Assembly (NCBI GenBank): GCA_963666315.2
Contig: CAXXHG010000028.1
Span: 1 to 44,406, forward strand
Source of the DNA: Candidatus Binatia bacterium
GTDB lineage: Bacteria; Desulfobacterota; Binatia; Bin18
Length of the DNA stretch: 44,406 nucleotides
Direction: 5' to 3'
Below are positions 1 to 9,151 of this stretch, piece after piece. Made by a program: the position numbers and the translations under genes. Positions within the stretch are counted from its first letter, which is position 1. Each line of letters starts with the position of its first letter. The notes beneath the pieces were generated by a model that was not told where the DNA came from, did not search any database, and was given only the letters and a program-made list of their open reading frames with translations.

Positions 1-1
1 G

Positions 2-352
2 GGCCATGCCATTGCCCAAGAAGACGAAGAGCAAGAACTCTTCATCGTGAATGACGAGGAAAATGGCATCAATAATTTGATTATTGACTGTGAGGATCCT
101 TTGCTCATCTTGGAGCAGGTGATTATGCCCGTGCCCGGCGACCCCGGTGATCTATTCCGGCGTTTACTGCAAATGAACCGTCTGCTCGTACACGGGGCAT
201 TTGTGCTGACCGAGGACGCCCAGACCGTACTCTTTCGCGACACACTGCGCATAGAGAACCTGGATAGCAACGAGTTGGAGGGCTCTATTGAGGCGCTGAG
301 TCTCGCCCTGGCAGAGAACGCGGAAGAATTACTCTCATTCAATAAACGCTAA
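2..352 (+). CDS. CesT/Tir-like (YjfI/YbjN-type) chaperone-fold protein, 5'-truncated by window edge
   Basis: Frame is open from position 2 (GHAIAQEDEEQELFIVNDEENGINNLIIDCEDPLLILEQ...LLQMNR.LVHGAF...FRDTL.IENLD.NELEGSI.ALSL). Acidic small protein directly upstream of pspA, as in PspA-polyamine loci. Confidence 0.75.
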   Translation, partial: GHAIAQEDEEQELFIVNDEENGINNLIIDCEDPLLILEQVIMPVPGDPGDLFRRLLQMNRLLVHGAFVLTEDAQTVLFRDTLRIENLDSNELEGSIEALSLALAENAEELLSFNKR

Positions 353-374
353 CCCGAATCTGGAGGAATATATT

Positions 375-1085
375 ATGGCAGGACTTTTTCAACGACTCTT
401 TAAAATCGGACAGTCTGAAGCGCACGCGGCATTGGAGGGTCTGGAAGATCCGATCCGTATGACGGAACAGGGGATACGCGATCTGAAGACAGATCTCCAG
501 GCGAGTATGACAAGCTTGGCCGAGGTCAAAGGAGTGGCCATTCGGCTCAAAAAGGATGCTGAGGGCCATAAAGCCATGGCCGCCGAGTATGAACGCAAGG
601 CGATGATGCTGCTCCAAAAAATGCAAAGTGGGGGACTCAACCAAGCCGAAGCGGAACGGCTTGCAACTGAGGCCTTACATAAGAAGGAAGACGTGAGCCA
701 AAAGGCTGCGCAGACGCTGAAGACCTGGGAGAGCCAAGACAGCATGGCCTCTCAGTTGCAAGGCAAAATCGAAAAGCTCAAATCCACGGTGACCAAATAT
801 GAAAATGACTTGATCACACTAAAGGCGCGCGCCCGCACCGCGACTTCGACAAAAAAGATCAATCAACAATTGGCCAAGATCGACTCTTCCAGCACCATCG
901 CCATGCTGGAGAAGATGCGCAATAAAGTCGAAGAAGACGAGTCCTTAGCCCAGGCCTACGGCGACCTCGCAGATATCGATAAGAGCGTGGACAATGAGAT
1001 AGACGCCGCCCTGGCTCAGGGAGGCAGCGTGGCGACCAGTGACTCCTTGGCTACACTCAAATCGAAGATGGGCATTGCGGCGTAA
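375..1085 (+). CDS. pspA: PspA/IM30 family protein
   Basis: MAGLFQRLFKIGQSEAH..LEDPIRMTEQGIRDLK N-terminus, long coiled coil, LKARA motif, LKSKMG C-terminus; GGAGG RBS. Confidence 0.92.
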   Translation: MAGLFQRLFKIGQSEAHAALEGLEDPIRMTEQGIRDLKTDLQASMTSLAEVKGVAIRLKKDAEGHKAMAAEYERKAMMLLQKMQSGGLNQAEAERLATEALHKKEDVSQKAAQTLKTWESQDSMASQLQGKIEKLKSTVTKYENDLITLKARARTATSTKKINQQLAKIDSSSTIAMLEKMRNKVEEDESLAQAYGDLADIDKSVDNEIDAALAQGGSVATSDSLATLKSKMGIAA

Positions 1086-1092
1086 ACGATTA

Positions 1093-1153
1093 CTCCCCTC
1101 TCCCTAGCGCCCTGCTAGGGAGAGCAACTGTGTGAGCAGACGCGGGTGAGGGT
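1093..1153 (+). repeat. REP-like palindromic element / possible terminator after pspA
   Basis: 11-bp stem CTCTCCCTAGC-gccct-GCTAGGGAGAG (1098-1124) followed by GGGTGAGGG, the CCCCTCTCCC...GGGAGAG...GGGTGAGGG pattern of dispersed intergenic repeats. Confidence 0.6.
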
Positions 1154-1569
1154 CTCTTTCGACTCAACACTGCACGAACGCATCCACCGCACTAATTCCC
1201 GTCAGACAGAAAACCACCTTGTAGCTGAGAAACAAAGAGTAGAGAGCCGCGACCGGCCATCTTGTAGGAATGGACGGTAAGCGCGCAATTTCTTCTATTC
1301 TTGCAGGTAAATTCCCCCGTTAAAGAAGGTATGTTTACTTCACTATTACTCTTTGTAAACTTCCCCTTCTCTGTCACTTTACACAACCTCAGTGAAGTGA
1401 GTTCAGATCGACATGTTGTGATTATTTTTCTTTGATTGCCGTTGCGGGAACAATTCAAGCGACAGAATCACAACAATGATGGGAATTACGAGGAGGTGCT
1501 GACGCATAAACAGAGCCCCGCCACAATGAGAACAAAAGCCATTAAAAACCAAGACGAGAAAAGAAGGAG

Positions 1570-2070
1570 ATGAAAATAAAAAATAAGAACATCTTCCGTA
1601 TCATTCCGGCAGCCACTCTGACTGTTGTCCTATGTTGTCCCAGCGTGAGTCAAGCCCAGCCGTCTGATCCCCCTGTCATCGATCGAAACGGCCATTCCCG
1701 GGCCAACGTTGGACTAGGGGCGGCCACCCGGGATGACGAGGTTTTAGATCTCCTGCTGCGCCACAACGTCACACCCCGTGCAGTCTTCATGCAGACTCCT
1801 GGTGGGTTTAGCGGGGCACACCGCAACAACGACGGTCAAGATGCTCAGACATTGATCGAGGAAGCACGGGCTAAGACGGCCGAGTCATTCGAGAACAGCC
1901 TTGAGGGCAACCTGGTCCGGCTGCGGGACTTGGCGGAGACGTATACGGAGGAGGACATAGCGGCAAACGAGGATGCCCGGAATCAAGCCCGTTCACTTTT
2001 GATCCATCGTGCGGCCTTCGAGGTCAGTCTCGCGGCGGCAAAGAATGGGTCTGAGAAGGACTTGTTTTGA
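1570..2070 (+). CDS. Secreted hypothetical protein, paralog of 3688-4524, probably 3'-truncated
   Basis: AAGGAG RBS; signal peptide ending VSQA|Q; aligns by eye to the 3688-4524 product up to FEVSLAAAKNG, then runs into the antisense of a response regulator. Confidence 0.7.
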   Translation: MKIKNKNIFRIIPAATLTVVLCCPSVSQAQPSDPPVIDRNGHSRANVGLGAATRDDEVLDLLLRHNVTPRAVFMQTPGGFSGAHRNNDGQDAQTLIEEARAKTAESFENSLEGNLVRLRDLAETYTEEDIAANEDARNQARSLLIHRAAFEVSLAAAKNGSEKDLF

Positions 2071-2281
2071 GCTGTCGGATGATCTCAATGCCACTGAGGC
2101 TGGGCAGCCTCGGGTCAGTGACCATGATCGTAGGTTTCAACGTCTTTGCTTTCTCTAGTTCTTCTCTGCCACAGGCAGCCTCGCCTACCACCTTTCTGTC
2201 CTCTAACTGTGCTAGAGCGTTCAAGCACCCTTGACGGACAATGCTATGAGCATCGACGAGCAGCACTGTTTTGCATGCCAT
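2024..2281 (-). pseudogene. Truncated NarL/LuxR-type response regulator receiver fragment
   Basis: TVLLVDAHSIVRQG...VVGEA..G.E.LEKA..LKP.IMV.D..LP.LSGIEIIRQLK; ends before the receiver is complete, no HTH. Confidence 0.8.
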
Positions 2282-2580
2282 AACTTACCTTTATACTTCC
2301 TTACAGAGTGCTACAGGAAAGATTGAAAAGATGGTCTCGTACCGGAGCGTGGAGTGGTGATTTCGAGCTTGATTAAATAGGATCTATCTCTATTTCTATT
2401 ATCCGTCTTGTCTTGTACACGGTCTAACAAAAAACACAAGATACAGATGCCTCGGAGCTACTGCTGGTCGACTTGGAAGGTGTCGTCAGTTTCAGTGGGC
2501 TCTAGGCAATTGGTATTTTCTATGCTGGAATAATGGCCCCCTAAAGGCCTAGGTTATGAAACTCTCGAAATACAGCGACG

Positions 2581-2626
2581 GGGGACCCACCCCGGCGCTA
2601 CGCGCCACCCCTCCCCAGAGGGGATT
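2581..2626. repeat. REP-like palindromic element
   Basis: CCCACCCCGGCGCTACGCGCCACCCCTCCCCAGAGGGGATT; contains GGCGC-TAC-GCGCC and CCCCTC-CCCA-GAGGGG hairpins. Confidence 0.55.
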
Positions 2627-2699
2627 GTTGGGATCTGTTGGGATTTGAGGGGGGTTTTCTGATTAAACAAGAGCCTGCAAGAGCCTAAAGGAGTCCGCC

Positions 2700-3251
2700 G
2701 TGTCTCTGTGGAAGAAACTCTTCGGTAAGAAAGACGCGCAGCCGGAAACAGACCCGCTGCATGATTTGACGTTATCTAACCTGAAAGTCGGATATCTGCT
2801 CGACTATGATCTCAAGACCTGGGAGGTCAAGAGCCATAATCGCTATGATTTCGAGGGGACGCGCAGCGACGAGTGGGAACTCGATGCCGGAGATGATGGC
2901 TGCTATCTGGGGCGCGAGGTCGATGATGAAGTTGAATGGAGCATCAGTAGGAAAATAAATATTTCAGACCTTGGTCAAGCTGTTCGCGACCACATCAAGC
3001 AGCACGACGACCCCCCCGAAGAAATAGAGTATCAAGGCGTCCGCTATCGGTTGGAAGAGAGTGGAGCCGGACATTACTACCCTGACGACCGCGTTGCCGG
3101 TGATGAGATGATCTATTGGGACTACACGGATGCGGATGAAGACAAGATTCTGACCATCGAGCAGTGGGGCGAAAACGAGTTTGACGCCGCGGTGGGTAAG
3201 TGGGTGAAGGAGTATGAGTTCTCGAGTATTTTACCGCGGGAGCAGTCCTGA
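2700..3251 (+). CDS. DUF4178 domain protein (PspA-locus partner)
   Basis: LKVGYLLDYDLKTWEV...EW.LD...PPEEIEYQG..Y.LEESG.G...YWDY...L.IEQWGENEF.A.VG..V.EYEFS.ILP; AAGGAG RBS; fits the locus context. Confidence 0.8.
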   Translation: MSLWKKLFGKKDAQPETDPLHDLTLSNLKVGYLLDYDLKTWEVKSHNRYDFEGTRSDEWELDAGDDGCYLGREVDDEVEWSISRKINISDLGQAVRDHIKQHDDPPEEIEYQGVRYRLEESGAGHYYPDDRVAGDEMIYWDYTDADEDKILTIEQWGENEFDAAVGKWVKEYEFSSILPREQS

Positions 3252-3388
3252 AGCCCATCCTTTGCAATGCCGCAAGAGCCAGACGCTCCATAAGTTTTAG
3301 CGGCGTATCCTCCACGCATTCTCTCATTCCTCAATCAGTAAGAAAAGAGCCGTAGAGTCAAGGCGGTACAGGATTTGTGGAGGCCAGC

Positions 3389-4524
3389 ATGAGATACACA
3401 ATGTGGTCTTGGTTCCTTATCTTGTTGGGAGGGCTTGGAGTCCTCATCGTACTGAACCTTGTGATTCTAAAGTTTGTGGTGGGCGATGGGTTCGACCGAC
3501 TGTCAGAGAAGGAGCGAGCTGCTGCACAAGAAGTGGTCAGTGAGCTTAATATTACTTGCCTAGACAATCCAATCGCGCGCCTCCTAACTCGCCAGATACG
3601 GGTTGTTGAGGTACATTCGTAACGGGCTGTGCATCATCGCAGCCAGGGAGCGAGGGATGGGTTGCCGCCCGCATAGCATCTGGATCGATGTTTGCGCCAC
3701 ACGGCTTGCTCTATAAGAATAGCCAAGACTACCGGATTGTTATCGAAGCATACACGTTGTTGGGGATTCCACTATTGAAAATCTTCAGCTGTTGCAATGG
3801 TTCCGTTTCCTGTAGGCGGAGCGGAGATAAGCGAATCCACGATCCTTACTCCTCACGACATCGGGGAGCTGTGATTGAACCTCAACGGACTAATTTTTCC
3901 CAGGCAAACATTGGATACGGGCATGCCATCAGCGATACCGAAGTCATAGAGCTTCTGGAGCGTTACAATATCAAGCCTCACGTGGTCTTTATGAAGACTG
4001 TCGGCGGGTTGAGTGGGTCACACCGTTTTGACAACGAAAAGGAGTTTGCAACACAGATTGGCGAAGCACGAGTTACCGCGGTCGAGACATTCGAGATGAG
4101 CCTTGAGGACACGCTAGTCCGGCTGAAGCGCTCTGCCAGCATGTATACGGAGGAAGAAGTTGCTGCAAACGAGGGGCTCCAGAATATCGCACGTTCGTTT
4201 CTGAACTTTCGTCCGGTCTTTGAGGCCAGTCTTGCTGAAGCCAAGCAGGCTAAGCCTCTCATTTATTCTGTTGAGGTAGCTGGCGTTCCAATCTCGATTG
4301 AACAGCTGAGCAACGATAAGAAGCTCAAGACGTTCCAGCCAGCTATAGAAGAAGACGGCGAGATCGCAGTCCCCCGTCCAGTAATGCCCAACCCATTTCA
4401 GGTGGATTATCTTGATCCGAACGTTGAGGGGATGAGCGCCAAGGAGCTGTACCAACGAATCCAGGCACTGGGGGGGGGCAGCTCCAGACTCATCCACAAC
4501 TATGGAATTCTAAGAAGGCAATAG
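3389..4524 (+). pseudogene. Membrane-anchored hypothetical protein split by one frameshift near 3610-3622 (ORFs 3377-3622 and 3688-4524)
   Basis: First ORF has an N-terminal TM helix and CLDNPIARLL. The frame of the second ORF is open from 3610 (GTFVTGCASSQ...), overlapping the end of the first. C-terminal part is paralogous to 1570-2070. Confidence 0.6.
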
Positions 4525-4563
4525 AGGAGGAACGGGCTCTGACCTACATTTTCGGGGCAGGCA

Positions 4564-6117
4564 TTAATACACTTCCCACCTGCCCTGCTTATAATACTCA
4601 TGTAAGACCGGTCGACTCTCCCGATTAATTTTTATCTTGTCCGCTCCGTCAAATACGCCTTTCCCAAAGTGGACCATCGAGATCATCGCATCATGGTTCA
4701 TGAAGCGTGTTTCCACATCCTGGAAGGACAAGCGTTGCACGGTTTCTTTAAGCGCCTGAGACTCCATAAGCTGGTCATCCACGCCTAACACAAATCCCCA
4801 TTCTCCTAGCGTTGGGATGTGGTTGTGGTACGGCAAGGTGCTGAATCCTGCTTCTTGCATAGTCTTTTGGATGCATAGAAATGCTTGGCGCGAAAAAAAT
4901 GGACTGGTTGCCTGAGTCACGATAGTGCCGCCGCGTTTGAGATGCTTTTTGCATAAACGATAGAAGTTCAGCGAATACAGGCGCGCTAACTCGACCGAGT
5001 TCGGATCGGGCAAATCAATAATAATCGTATCGAATAAATGGTGTGTGTCTTGTAAAAATGCGAATGCATCCACGTTCACCACACTCACCCGCACGTCACT
5101 GAATGCGTTTTCATTCAACTGGACAAAGATGGGATGCGAAGCGGCCAGCGCCGTCATAGCAGGGTCGAGATCAACCAGCGTCACTTTTTTTACGGCAGAG
5201 TATTTCAGGACCTCGCGCAGCGCCAAGCCATCGCCACCACCGAGTATCAACACTTCTTCTCGATTGCCAACCAGCGAGAGAGCCGGATGGATCAAGGGTT
5301 CGTGATAGCGCTCTTCATCGTAGCTGCTGAATTGCTCGTTGCCATTGATATACAGCCAATAATCGTTGCGCCAACGCGTCAGGACAAGACGCTGGTAGGG
5401 CGTTTGTTTGACCAGGATAACGGTGTCCTTATACAGCGCCTGCTCACCAAACAGCACGATCGGTTCGGCCAAAAAAAAGAGACCGATAAGACCCGCGCCC
5501 ACAACGGCCCAGGCGCCACTCAGCAGCCGGGGGGCGGCGAGTAAGGACCGAAAACGAAAGAGAAACAGCGACGCAATACAGAAGTTCACCGCACCCAGAA
5601 TCACCGGCGTATAGCTGAGCCCCAAGTAGGGCAGCCCCACAAACGCAAAGAACAGTCCACCCAGCAGTGCCCCGTAATAATCCTTCTCCATGACGGAAGA
5701 AATATTCACTCGGAGTTCTTCGTAGGCGGCATTGACCCGAGTGATGAGCGGGATCTCCATCCCGATCAGCAGACCAATAGCAATCCCGAACGGATAAATC
5801 ACCAGGCCGACGTTATTGAGAAATGGAGAAAGCGCATACGCCGCAGCGGCAGCACTGGCGCACAGCAGGGACAGTGAAAACTCTAGGACGGTGAATGCGT
5901 CCACCAGGTTTTTTCCCAGATAGCGACTCAGATGACTGCCTAGGCCCATGGCGAACAGCATGAACGACATCATCAGCGTCCACTGCAGGACCGCATTCCC
6001 CAGAAAATAGGTCGCAAGCGTGCACAGCACAAACTCCGCGACTATGCCCGCGCACCCAGTCGCGAACAGGCAGAGTTTGAGGAGGTTAGAAACACCACGT
6101 GATGAGGAAGGACGCAC
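4564..6117 (-). CDS. speE: Polyamine aminopropyltransferase (long, membrane-fused spermidine synthase type)
   Basis: N-terminal multi-TM region; QTPYQ, LYINGNEQFSS.DE.RYHE, VLILGGGDGLALREVLKY, LVDLDP, IIIDLPDP motifs. Confidence 0.92.
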   Translation of the reverse strand: MRPSSSRGVSNLLKLCLFATGCAGIVAEFVLCTLATYFLGNAVLQWTLMMSFMLFAMGLGSHLSRYLGKNLVDAFTVLEFSLSLLCASAAAAAYALSPFLNNVGLVIYPFGIAIGLLIGMEIPLITRVNAAYEELRVNISSVMEKDYYGALLGGLFFAFVGLPYLGLSYTPVILGAVNFCIASLFLFRFRSLLAAPRLLSGAWAVVGAGLIGLFFLAEPIVLFGEQALYKDTVILVKQTPYQRLVLTRWRNDYWLYINGNEQFSSYDEERYHEPLIHPALSLVGNREEVLILGGGDGLALREVLKYSAVKKVTLVDLDPAMTALAASHPIFVQLNENAFSDVRVSVVNVDAFAFLQDTHHLFDTIIIDLPDPNSVELARLYSLNFYRLCKKHLKRGGTIVTQATSPFFSRQAFLCIQKTMQEAGFSTLPYHNHIPTLGEWGFVLGVDDQLMESQALKETVQRLSFQDVETRFMNHDAMISMVHFGKGVFDGADKIKINRESRPVLHEYYKQGRWEVY

Positions 6118-6931
6118 TCACGTAAGAGAACATCTCAATGCAGGCCGCACCGAGATTGGGTTGCTCATACTCGACTAATTCAGCCGTAATCGTTGTTCCC
6201 GGCAGAAGAACTTTGTCGGTGGCCAGTCGGATAATCGGGAGCGCCACCAGACCAACCAGGGCCAATGATCCAAACGTCATCAGATGATCTTGCCACGAAA
6301 AGAAGTCGCCACTCACCGCGTAGCGCAGAATATTGCCCATGGCGATGAGTGCCCCGGCAAAACTCACACCGACGGCGACGTTATCCTTTTCAATTTCGTC
6401 GTGGATGCTATACGGCGTGATCCAGTCATACATAAAGGCAGTCAAGATCAGCGCGACCTGACCCAGCCCCCAAAAACCGATGGCAGTCCAGACCGTACCG
6501 CCCTCACCCGAGATCGCGCCAAACAGTATGAGTCCGGTGGCAGCATACACCCCGCCAACGGTGATGCCGGTGCCCGCGTTCTGATCCTGGATAATCTCCT
6601 TGGTATTGCTGAATCGGTACAGAATCAGACGGTCACTGACTATGGTCGAAATATTGAGCAGGACAATGGCGAGTGTCCCATAGAGAAAAAGGTCGAGCAC
6701 GTCATCAACCACGCCGTGAGACGGCCCGACTATGGCGCCCCCTATGGCAAAGACCAGCCCAAAGTAATAGCCAACCAGAGCCAGCGCGAGGGCGATATTT
6801 TTGTTGCCGATCAGTTCTTCATGCACATGGAATTCGCGGTGGGCCAGGTTAAAAACCAGCGTCCCGACCCAGAACAATACGTAGGCACATATGAGGTAGA
6901 CGACGGCAAGGATGAGAGCATCGATAGTCAT
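6086..6931 (-). CDS. DUF350 family membrane protein (two repeats)
   Basis: Hydrophobic, with repeated 'EL...N.A.A/G' motifs (EELIGNKNIALAL; DEIEKDNVAVGVSFAG; EQPNLGAA). Confidence 0.85.
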   Translation of the reverse strand: MTIDALILAVVYLICAYVLFWVGTLVFNLAHREFHVHEELIGNKNIALALALVGYYFGLVFAIGGAIVGPSHGVVDDVLDLFLYGTLAIVLLNISTIVSDRLILYRFSNTKEIIQDQNAGTGITVGGVYAATGLILFGAISGEGGTVWTAIGFWGLGQVALILTAFMYDWITPYSIHDEIEKDNVAVGVSFAGALIAMGNILRYAVSGDFFSWQDHLMTFGSLALVGLVALPIIRLATDKVLLPGTTITAELVEYEQPNLGAACIEMFSYVSASFLITWCF

Positions 6932-6952
6932 GGGTCTATTCGTAATCGCCGC

Positions 6953-7648
6953 CTATTTGCCAAAGCCAAATCCCCGCGACCGAACCGGCACGCTACTGCG
7001 CCCCAATCGATTATTGAATTTCTGCCTGAAGCGTTGCCGTTTGGCGACGTCGCGTGACCGGCGACGCTCAAAAAACGACGATTTCCTTTGCTGTGTCACC
7101 GTGCCGCGCGTCCCGTATTCTTTTCCGGTCGGTCCATAATACGGGCGGCCGCGCGAGCGAGTGCGCTCGTAGGAGTTATAGTCGCTGCGAAAGATCGATC
7201 CCCGTCCCAGGCCGAACATGCTGCTCATGAACGCATACTGGCCGTAAAACGCCCAAAAGGACGTACCACTATTATTCGTCTGCCACTGTCCGTAACGAGC
7301 ATTACCGACATAGCCATACCCGGCCGGATGCGGGACATTGTTTTCGCCGTCGGGTGTTTTGGACGCGAGCGTCATGCCCAGGAAATTCTCATTGGCGCGG
7401 TATAACGACTCCGGCACCTGCAACCAGTCCGTTGTCCAGGATTTCTCGCCCTGCACAACCCGGTACTGATGGAAGTAGGAAGAGATAAACGTCCCCTCCT
7501 CGCGCATATCGGCAAGAATGATGGAATATTCGGGTGCAGAGGAGAGCTGTGCTTTCAGTTTGTCCAACGGAGTGGCCGATGGCGAGCAGCCGCCAAGGAG
7601 CACGGCAAGACAGCAACCCAAGCCTATCCTCCAGATCGTCTTCCGCAT
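6953..7648 (-). CDS. Lipoprotein with Gly/Ser/Arg-rich C-terminus (PspA-locus partner)
   Basis: Likely start ATG 7648 (MRKTIWRIGLGCCLAVLLGGC, lipobox); P.GYGYVGN.RYGQW..N.SG.SFW.FYGQYAFMSSMFG; tail RSRGFGFGK. Confidence 0.8.
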   Translation of the reverse strand: MRKTIWRIGLGCCLAVLLGGCSPSATPLDKLKAQLSSAPEYSIILADMREEGTFISSYFHQYRVVQGEKSWTTDWLQVPESLYRANENFLGMTLASKTPDGENNVPHPAGYGYVGNARYGQWQTNNSGTSFWAFYGQYAFMSSMFGLGRGSIFRSDYNSYERTRSRGRPYYGPTGKEYGTRGTVTQQRKSSFFERRRSRDVAKRQRFRQKFNNRLGRSSVPVRSRGFGFGK

Positions 7649-7759
7649 GCCTTGAGAGGCTGTTCTTTTAATCCCCAGCATCGTGCTACTCTGCATTCCC
7701 ACAATGCAGGAACTTTCGCACACCGTCAAGCAAGTCCATACGTCCACGAAAGCATCCAC

Positions 7760-8110
7760 GTGACAGGCCAACATCTTTTCGCCGATCTGTATGAGATTGA
7801 CGCCGCGCTGTTGCGTGATGAGGCGACGCTCATGCAAGTTTTTCGCTCGGCTCTTGAACGCTCAGGCTTCTCTATTTTGAATCAGGTCAGCCATCATTTT
7901 CCAACCGGCGGTCAGGGTGTTAGCGGTATGTTTTTACTCGCGACCTCACACGCCACTTTTCATACGTTTCCAGAGCGCGCCTATATGGCCATCGATGTTT
8001 TCTCGTGCGGAGGGGCTGATCCAGGAGCAGTCCTCGTCCTATTAAAAGACGCCCTGTCTCCACACCGGGTTCAAAGCAAGATTGTAGAGCGAGGAGACAG
8101 CCGGATTTAG
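7760..8110 (+). CDS. speD: Pyruvoyl-dependent S-adenosylmethionine decarboxylase family protein (class 1B-like)
   Basis: GTG start at 7760: MTGQHLFADLY...HHFP.GGQGVSGMFLLATSHATFHTFPE..Y.AIDVFSCG...VERG. Cleavage site reads TSH instead of ESH. Confidence 0.85.
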   Translation: MTGQHLFADLYEIDAALLRDEATLMQVFRSALERSGFSILNQVSHHFPTGGQGVSGMFLLATSHATFHTFPERAYMAIDVFSCGGADPGAVLVLLKDALSPHRVQSKIVERGDSRI

Positions 8111-8205
8111 TGATTTGACTTCTTCTGGCTCTCAGTAGTCTGCGCCGGGCTTCCCTTGCCCCAGACCGGTCTTTTCGCTACGTCATTGGCAGTCAAAAAG
8201 GAGGG

Positions 8206-9096
8206 ATGGTTATGAAATACGGTTTACACTTAGCTGGGGGCGCGTCGGTGTGTGATCGGAAGGTCCTCATGGATGTTGCCAGGATTACCGAGGAGGAAGG
8301 GTGTGACTCTCTTCTTATCGGTGATCATATCGTCTTGCCCAAAAAAATCAGCTCTCCTTGGCCGTATGAGAAGTATTACGACGGTAAGCCGAACTATGAC
8401 GTCTACACCAGCATGGAGTGGTTAGACCCGTTTGACACCCTCGCTTTTGTCGCGGCGATCACAGAGAAGATCCGGATCGGTCTGAGCGTGCTGATCGTGC
8501 CGTATCGACACCCTTTTGACGTAGCCCGACGGGTCGCCACCATCGATGTCCTTTCCGGCGGGCGGTTTATTCTTGGCACCGGTGTTGGTTGGCTGGAAGA
8601 AGAGTTCGATCTCCTTGGCGTCCCGTTTCAGCGTCGCGGCAAGCGCACGCGTGAATATATTGCCATGATGAAAGCGTTGTGGACCGAAGACAGCCCACGT
8701 TTTTCGGGTGAATTTGTTCAACTGCAAGAAGACGTCAACGTCCTGCCTCGTCCCTTACAAAAACCGCATCCGCCCATCTGGGTGGGGGGCGAGTCAGTCT
8801 ACGCACTGAAACGCGTGGTTGCCTTTGGAGATGGCTGGCATATTGCGTTGCTTACCTTTGATCAGATTCGCCCTCTGTTGGATCAACTCAAAAAACTCGT
8901 GGATGAAGCAGGTCGCAACTATGATGATCTCGAATTGACGGCCATGACCGACCCAACCCGCACCACGCCAAAAGATATCAAAACCTACCGCGACCTTGGG
9001 GTCAAAGTCTTGTATATGGTCCCCTTGAGTCGAGACCCGGATGGCATTGCAAAGGAAGTGCGGGCGTTTGCCAAGCAAGTACAGGATGTATCGTAA
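8206..9096 (+). CDS. LLM class (probably F420-dependent) oxidoreductase
   Basis: GDHIVLP, LDPF.TLAFVAA.T..IRIG.SVLI.PYRHP, DVLSGGRFILG.GVGWLEEEF, PRPLQKPHPPIWVGG. Confidence 0.9.
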   Translation: MVMKYGLHLAGGASVCDRKVLMDVARITEEEGCDSLLIGDHIVLPKKISSPWPYEKYYDGKPNYDVYTSMEWLDPFDTLAFVAAITEKIRIGLSVLIVPYRHPFDVARRVATIDVLSGGRFILGTGVGWLEEEFDLLGVPFQRRGKRTREYIAMMKALWTEDSPRFSGEFVQLQEDVNVLPRPLQKPHPPIWVGGESVYALKRVVAFGDGWHIALLTFDQIRPLLDQLKKLVDEAGRNYDDLELTAMTDPTRTTPKDIKTYRDLGVKVLYMVPLSRDPDGIAKEVRAFAKQVQDVS

Positions 9097-9100
9097 ATTC

Positions 9101-9128
9101 GTCGGGGCAACGCATGCATTGCTCCGAC
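9101..9128. repeat. REP-like hairpin
   Basis: GTCGGGGCAA-CGCATGCA-TTGCTCCGAC imperfect palindrome in a short intergenic gap. Confidence 0.5.
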
Positions 9129-9151
9129 CCGTACCGAAAGGGATAAGAGCC

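Noticed and set aside
1192-1458. 88-aa minus-strand ORF in the AT-rich gap after pspA
   Set aside because: No RBS or motif; more likely the upstream regulatory region of ORF 1570.
2626-2690. Short tandem duplications TGTTGGGAT x2 and CAAGAGCCT x2 (also GGTTACAG x2 near 10798-10815)
   Set aside because: Only two units each; consistent with local slippage, with no evidence of function.
6284-7057. 257-aa plus-strand ORF (likewise 28412-29362, 30678-31367, 31372-32034 and other long antisense ORFs)
   Set aside because: Shadow ORFs opposite well-supported genes; no motifs of their own.
7469-7837. Long N-terminal extensions making speD and the lipoprotein overlap
   Set aside because: Recognisable protein sequence begins at 7760 (+) and 7648 (-); the extensions are artefacts of longest-ORF calling.
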